Assembly: GCA_963711565.1 (NCBI GenBank)
Contig: CAVQEQ010000003.1
Location: 32,001 to 96,000, forward strand
DNA from: an uncultured delta proteobacterium
GTDB taxonomy: Bacteria > Desulfobacterota > Binatia > Binatales > Binataceae
Reading direction: 5' to 3'
DNA: 64,000 bases
Below are positions 58,438 through 64,000 of this stretch, in pieces; the first letter of the stretch is position 1, and every line of letters begins with the position of its first letter. Under the pieces are notes generated by a model that searched no databases, was not told where the DNA came from, and was given only the letters and a program-made list of their open reading frames with translations. The position numbers were made by a program, and so were the translations under genes.

Positions 58438-59688
58438 TTATCTGACGGCGCGCAGGCGCGAGGGTTTTTCCGGCCGCCCGGATTTCGGTTTGGCGCCGCG
58501 AAGCGCGACGATTCGATCGAGGATCAGGTCAGCGACGGCGTCCTTGGACATCTGCGGATGGCTCCGGGAGCTGCCGTCAGCGCCGATGAGCGCGACGATA
58601 TTGGTATCGACCTCGAAGCCGGCGCCCTCCCGGGTCACGTCGTTGGCGACGATCAGGTCGAGTCCTTTGCGCTTGAGCTTGGCCCGCGCGTTGGCTTCGA
58701 GGTCGTCGGTCTCGGCCGCGAATCCTACCAGGATGCGCGCGCCCTTCTTCGCCGCAATTCGCGGCATCTCGTCCGCAATCGACTCCATCTCGAGTCGAAG
58801 ACCGCGCGCATCTTTCTTGATCTTGCCGGCCGCTGGATTCGCGGGGCGGAAATCCGCTACTGCCGCCGCCATCACGAGCACCGTTGACCAGGGAAAATTG
58901 CTGCTGGTCTTCGCGAGCATCGCGGACGCCGCCACCGTGTCGATCCGCTCGACGCCATAAGGCGTCGCGAGCGCCGACGGTCCCGCTACTATTCGCACCG
59001 ACGCACCACGCCGCCAGGCCGCGCGCGCTATCGCAAACCCCATCTTGCCCGACGAACTGTTCGAGACGAATCGCACCGGATCGATCGGTTCCCTGGTCGG
59101 CCCCGCCGTCACCAGGATTTTTTCATCCGCCAGATCCTGCGCGGACAGCATCTTCTCGATTTCCGCGACTACGATCGCCGGATCTGGCAGGCGACCCTTG
59201 CCCTCGTAGCCGCATGCAAGCGCGCCCTCGCCAGGCTCGATAATCACTGCACCGTGCGCGCGCAGCTTGGCGAGATTCTCCGCGACCGTCGGATGCTCGT
59301 ACATGTGCACGTTCATCGCGGGCGCGAACGCGACTTTCGCGCGCGTCGCGAGCAGCACGGTTGTCACGATGTCATCCGCAATGCCGACCGCGGCCTTTGC
59401 GATCACATCGGCCGTCGCGGGCGCGATCACGATCGCATCCGCGCTGTCGGCGAGTCGTATGTGTCCGATCTCGGATTCCTGCGTGAGAGAAAAGGTGTCG
59501 GTGGCGACAGGATTTGCGCTCAGCGTCTGGAGCGTCAGCGGCGTGATGAACTCGGTAGCGTTGCGCGTCATCATCACACGAACGTTCGCGCCCGAGGTGA
59601 CGAGCAGGCGCACAAGTTCCGCGGATTTGTAAGCGGCAATTCCACCACTCACGCCGAGCACGATCGTCTTGCCGTCAAGCACGCCCAT
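58438..59688 (-). CDS. coaBC: Bifunctional phosphopantothenoylcysteine decarboxylase/synthetase
   Basis: GGIAAYK, PAMN, TAGPTREPIDPVRF, SSGKMG, GFAAET. Confidence 0.97.
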   Translation of the reverse strand: MGVLDGKTIVLGVSGGIAAYKSAELVRLLVTSGANVRVMMTRNATEFITPLTLQTLSANPVATDTFSLTQESEIGHIRLADSADAIVIAPATADVIAKAAVGIADDIVTTVLLATRAKVAFAPAMNVHMYEHPTVAENLAKLRAHGAVIIEPGEGALACGYEGKGRLPDPAIVVAEIEKMLSAQDLADEKILVTAGPTREPIDPVRFVSNSSSGKMGFAIARAAWRRGASVRIVAGPSALATPYGVERIDTVAASAMLAKTSSNFPWSTVLVMAAAVADFRPANPAAGKIKKDARGLRLEMESIADEMPRIAAKKGARILVGFAAETDDLEANARAKLKRKGLDLIVANDVTREGAGFEVDTNIVALIGADGSSRSHPQMSKDAVADLILDRIVALRGAKPKSGRPEKPSRLRAVR

Positions 59689-59744
59689 CGGACTTTGATT
59701 CTAATGCGCCGCGCGCGCGCGCGAAACGGCCTACATATCGACTG

Positions 59745-61064
<1,320 letters not shown>

Positions 61065-61083
61065 ACTCTAGAGCTCCCTGGCA

Positions 61084-61419
61084 TCAGCCCTTGCGGAATC
61101 GCGAAGGAAATTCGGCGCCGAAGGTTTGATCGGGATGGAGCACGCGCGCGCGCTCGATGAGGACCTCTTCGGTCTCGGGAATATTGGGATCGGGGATGCA
61201 GCAATCGACCGGGCATACCGCGGCGCACTGTTCCTGATCGAAGAAGCCGACGCACTCAGTGCACTTGTCGGGGACGATATAATAGATGTCGTCCTTGATC
61301 GCGGGCTTGTTCGCGCCATTGAGTTCCCACTGCGCGCCGCCCTCGTAAATCGCGGTGTTGGGGCACTCGGGCTCGCACGCACCGCAATTGATGCATTCTT
61401 CAGTTATCAGCGTGGACAT
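61084..61419 (-). CDS. YfhL-type 2[4Fe-4S] ferredoxin
   Basis: [12 protein letters not shown] and CTECVG...CAAVCPVDC. Confidence 0.93.
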   Translation of the reverse strand: MSTLITEECINCGACEPECPNTAIYEGGAQWELNGANKPAIKDDIYYIVPDKCTECVGFFDQEQCAAVCPVDCCIPDPNIPETEEVLIERARVLHPDQTFGAEFPSRFRKG

Positions 61420-61523
61420 TTTCCAGCTCCAGGACTGGTCCTTGTTTTGACAAATCGATCGGACCGAACGGCAACAATATCGGCGTGTGACAGGAGGAGC
61501 AAGTATTCCAAATCGCCGATCGG

Positions 61524-62573
61524 TCAGTCGGCAACCGCGTCTGCGATGCGTCGAGCGAGTTCCAGAAACGCGATGCTCGCCGGATGCGCCGGGTTCGCGA
61601 CGACAATCGGCATGCCGTCGTCGCCGGCCTGTCGCACGTCGGGGTAAATCGGAATCCTCGCGAGCAGTTCGGTCCCTTCCTCCGCGGCCATCCGCTCGCC
61701 GCCGCCGTAGCCGAAAAGTTCGTCGCGCTCGCCGCAATCGGGACAGACGAAATAACTCATGTTCTCGACCACGCCGAGAATCGGGCAATGCACCTGGCGA
61801 AACATCTTGACGGCGCGCGTCGCGTCGAGCAGCGCCACGTCCTGCGGCGTCGTCACGATCACGGCGCCATCGAGCGAGACCTGCTGTGCGAGCGTCAACT
61901 GCGCATCACCGGTGCCCGGTGGCAAGTCGACGATCAGGAAATCCTGCGAGCCCCACAGCGTGTCTTTGAGAAACTGCCGCACCGCACCCATCACCATCGG
62001 TCCGCGCCAGATGACGGGCGCCTTCTCGCCGAGAAAAAATCCGATCGAGATCAGCTTCACGCCGTACTTCTCGATCGGGTAGAAATTCTGCCCGCCCGCC
62101 GACTTCGGCCGCTCGTCTCCGACGTTGAACATCATCGGCACCGACGGCCCGTAGATGTCGGCGTCGAGCAGGCCGACGCTGAGCCCCAGGCGCGCGAGCG
62201 CCACCGCGATATTCGCCGCGATCGTGGATTTGCCGACACCGCCCTTGCCGCTGCCCACTGCGATGATGTGCTTGGTACCTTCGAGGCGCACGCGCCCGGT
62301 TTTCTCGCCGAGCTCAGCTTCGATCCGATGCACCCGCAATTCGACGCTCGGCACGCCAAGGTCGTGGGTCAGCGCGCGATGGATGCTTGCCGCGAGCTCG
62401 CGGATCACCTCATCGCGCTCGGTAACCTGTCGCAGGGTGATCGCATACCCGCCATTTTGCGTCGGCTGCGCATCCTCGACCAACCCAAGCGCGACGATGT
62501 CAGCCGAGTACCCGGGATACTTTACGTGTCCAAGAGCCTCGATAACCGCGTCGTTAGGAACCTGCCGTGCCAC
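61524..62573 (-). CDS. apbC: Mrp/NBP35 (ApbC) Fe-S cluster carrier ATPase
   Basis: [38 protein letters not shown]. Confidence 0.95.
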   Translation of the reverse strand: MARQVPNDAVIEALGHVKYPGYSADIVALGLVEDAQPTQNGGYAITLRQVTERDEVIRELAASIHRALTHDLGVPSVELRVHRIEAELGEKTGRVRLEGTKHIIAVGSGKGGVGKSTIAANIAVALARLGLSVGLLDADIYGPSVPMMFNVGDERPKSAGGQNFYPIEKYGVKLISIGFFLGEKAPVIWRGPMVMGAVRQFLKDTLWGSQDFLIVDLPPGTGDAQLTLAQQVSLDGAVIVTTPQDVALLDATRAVKMFRQVHCPILGVVENMSYFVCPDCGERDELFGYGGGERMAAEEGTELLARIPIYPDVRQAGDDGMPIVVANPAHPASIAFLELARRIADAVAD

Positions 62574-62598
62574 TTATGCAATTATCGCAGATGCATTA

Positions 62599-62628
62599 GC
62601 GCGTCGAAAGCATCGGCAACGGCGGCCG
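62599..62628. repeat. Direct repeat, left of higBA
   Basis: GCGCGTCGAAAGCATCGGCAACGGCGGCCG. Confidence 0.6.
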
Positions 62629-62668
62629 CCTCCGCTTGCGGTGCGGTGCTCTGCAGCGCGCTTACTGT

Positions 62669-62697
62669 TTGACGGTAACCGCGTGGCGCATTACGAT
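62669..62697 (+). promoter_or_regulatory. Sigma-70 promoter of higBA (probably leaderless)
   Basis: TTGACG-N17-TACGAT; ATG 6 nt after the -10; imperfect GTAA...TTAC palindrome across the spacer. Confidence 0.65.
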
Positions 62698-62703
62698 ACG
62701 ATT

Positions 62704-62985
62704 ATGATCAAGAGCTTTCGCGACTCCCGCGCAAAGGCTCTGTTCGATCAACGGGACGTGCCGGCGTTGCGGCATATCGAGCGAGCGGCGCGGCGGAAAC
62801 TGGAAGCGTTGGATTCGGCGCTCCAACTCGGGGATCTCGCGGCTTCGCGAGGCAATCATTTGGAAGCCTTGAAGGGTAGCCGTGTCGGGCAGCACAGCAT
62901 TCGAATCAATGAACAATATCGAATCTGTTTCGTGTGGCAAAAGGGCGACGCGGCAGACGTCGAGATAGTCGATTACCACCGGTGA
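62704..62985 (+). CDS. higB: HigB toxin (RelE family, killer protein)
   Basis: MIKSFRD...NHLEALKG.R.GQHSIRINEQYRICF.W...VEIVDYH. Confidence 0.95.
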   Translation: MIKSFRDSRAKALFDQRDVPALRHIERAARRKLEALDSALQLGDLAASRGNHLEALKGSRVGQHSIRINEQYRICFVWQKGDAADVEIVDYHR

Positions 62986-63005
62986 GGTGCCTGGAGAAAT
63001 TAAAA

Positions 63006-63317
63006 ATGGCGAATGCAAAAAAACTGTCCCCTATTTTTCCGGGCGAGATATTGAACGAGGATTACCTGATTCCCGCCGGCATCAGCATCAACCGGCTCGC
63101 GATGGACATTCATGTGCCGGTCTCGCGCGTCTATGAGATCGTTAAAGGCGAGCGCGCGATCACAGCGGACACGGCGCTGAGACTGGCGCGATACCTTGGC
63201 ACGACAGCAGAGTTCTGGATGAACTTGCAGACGAAGTACGAACTGCGCAAAGCTACAGACGAACGTGCCGCGAAGATTGCCGTCGAGGTACGTCCGCTCG
63301 CTGCAGCCGGACGCTGA
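63006..63317 (+). CDS. higA: HigA antitoxin
   Basis: PIFPGEIL.EDYL, RAITADTALRLARYLGTTAEFWMNLQ. Confidence 0.95.
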   Translation: MANAKKLSPIFPGEILNEDYLIPAGISINRLAMDIHVPVSRVYEIVKGERAITADTALRLARYLGTTAEFWMNLQTKYELRKATDERAAKIAVEVRPLAAAGR

Positions 63318-63415
63318 ACGACGCCGCACATCTCAAGCCTTCGTCGCCTTGATCGAAAAGATCGTCGGGATTCGGATCGCCTTCGATGTGCCACAGCCCG
63401 TCGCTGCTCTGCTTG

Positions 63416-63444
63416 GCGCGTCGAAAGCATGGCGACGGCGGCCG
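63416..63444. repeat. Direct repeat, right of higBA
   Basis: GCGCGTCGAAAGCAT-GGCGACGGCGGCCG (one indel and one mismatch versus 62599-62628). Confidence 0.6.
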
Positions 63445-63496
63445 ATGATTCGTTGACAACCGATACCGGTCAGCAGACATAATAAACGCACTCCGC

Positions 63497-63751
63497 ATGA
63501 AGAATCGCGCCTACATAGTGAACGCTTTCTGGGACACGGAAGCTAAAGTTTGGGTCGCTACCAGCGACAACGTCCCAGGACTCGCCACCGAAGCGCGAGA
63601 CGTTGACGTGCTAATCAAAAAACTCCGCGTCATGATTCCAGAGCTTCTCGAAGCCAACGGGCTTTTACCGCGCAAGCGCGGCCGCGCCGTCCTCGACGTT
63701 CCCTTCGAAGTTCGCGCCGAGTATCACGAGCGCCTTCGACTGCAGGCCTGA
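63497..63751 (+). CDS. DUF1902 (HicB-like) antitoxin
   Basis: WDTEAKVWVATSDNVPGLATEA...IPELLEANG. Confidence 0.88.
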   Translation: MKNRAYIVNAFWDTEAKVWVATSDNVPGLATEARDVDVLIKKLRVMIPELLEANGLLPRKRGRAVLDVPFEVRAEYHERLRLQA

Positions 63752-63831
63752 GGAAACTGCATAGGGGGAATTTAATTCCCCCGTTTACGCAGTACTCCGG
63801 GCTGGTTAGGTTCGAATCTCGGAGTCGCACC

Positions 63832-64000
63832 GTGTCGCAGAGCTTTACTCCCCAATTAAAGAAGATCCTGAGAAGCGCTGGCTGTACTTTCGTCCGCCAT
63901 GGAAAAGGCGATCACGAAATCTGGATCAATCCTGCCACTCGGAAACAATTCACCGTCGACGGCAAAATTCTGTCTCGACATACCGCCAACGCGGTGCTCA
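63832..64000 (+). CDS. hicA: HicA-family toxin (partial, runs off window end)
   Basis: Manual translation from GTG behind GGAG: MSQSFTPQLKKILRSAGCTFVRHGKGDHEIWINP...SRHTANAVL. Confidence 0.88.
   Translation, partial: MSQSFTPQLKKILRSAGCTFVRHGKGDHEIWINPATRKQFTVDGKILSRHTANAVL

Noticed and set aside
63795-63824. GGTTCGAATC as a tRNA remnant or att site
   Set aside because: Only a T-loop-like decamer; no acceptor stem or CCA, and the flanks do not match either tRNA in the window

Overview
High-GC bacterial chromosomal segment. The gene repertoire (LLM, amidohydrolase, CoA-transferase and VOC paralogues, coaBC-udg-nfeD-slipin block) suggests a soil deltaproteobacteria-like lineage such as Candidatus Binatus; this is inference only. 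Housekeeping content: nadE (partial), msrA, modABC, tal, ilvD, ppk2, pstCAB-phoU-phoBR (no pstS), serS, gatCAB, tldD/tldE, recO, nfeD-slipin, udg, coaBC, ino1, ferredoxin, apbC/mrp and two tRNA-Arg genes. Accessory content: catabolic enzymes, two GT-C glycosyltransferases, several small secreted or lipoproteins and three type II TA loci. No CRISPR array, integrase or transposase was seen. The most unusual signals are intergenic: a candidate three-hairpin sRNA downstream of phoR; a sigma-54 promoter with an NtrC-like enhancer in front of an orphan 65-aa ORF; a 55-aa membrane peptide with an operator and a structured 3' region; a direct repeat bracketing higBA; and nested REP-like repeats around serS/yraN. 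There is also a probable ATT start codon and two single-base frameshifts that may be sequencing errors.
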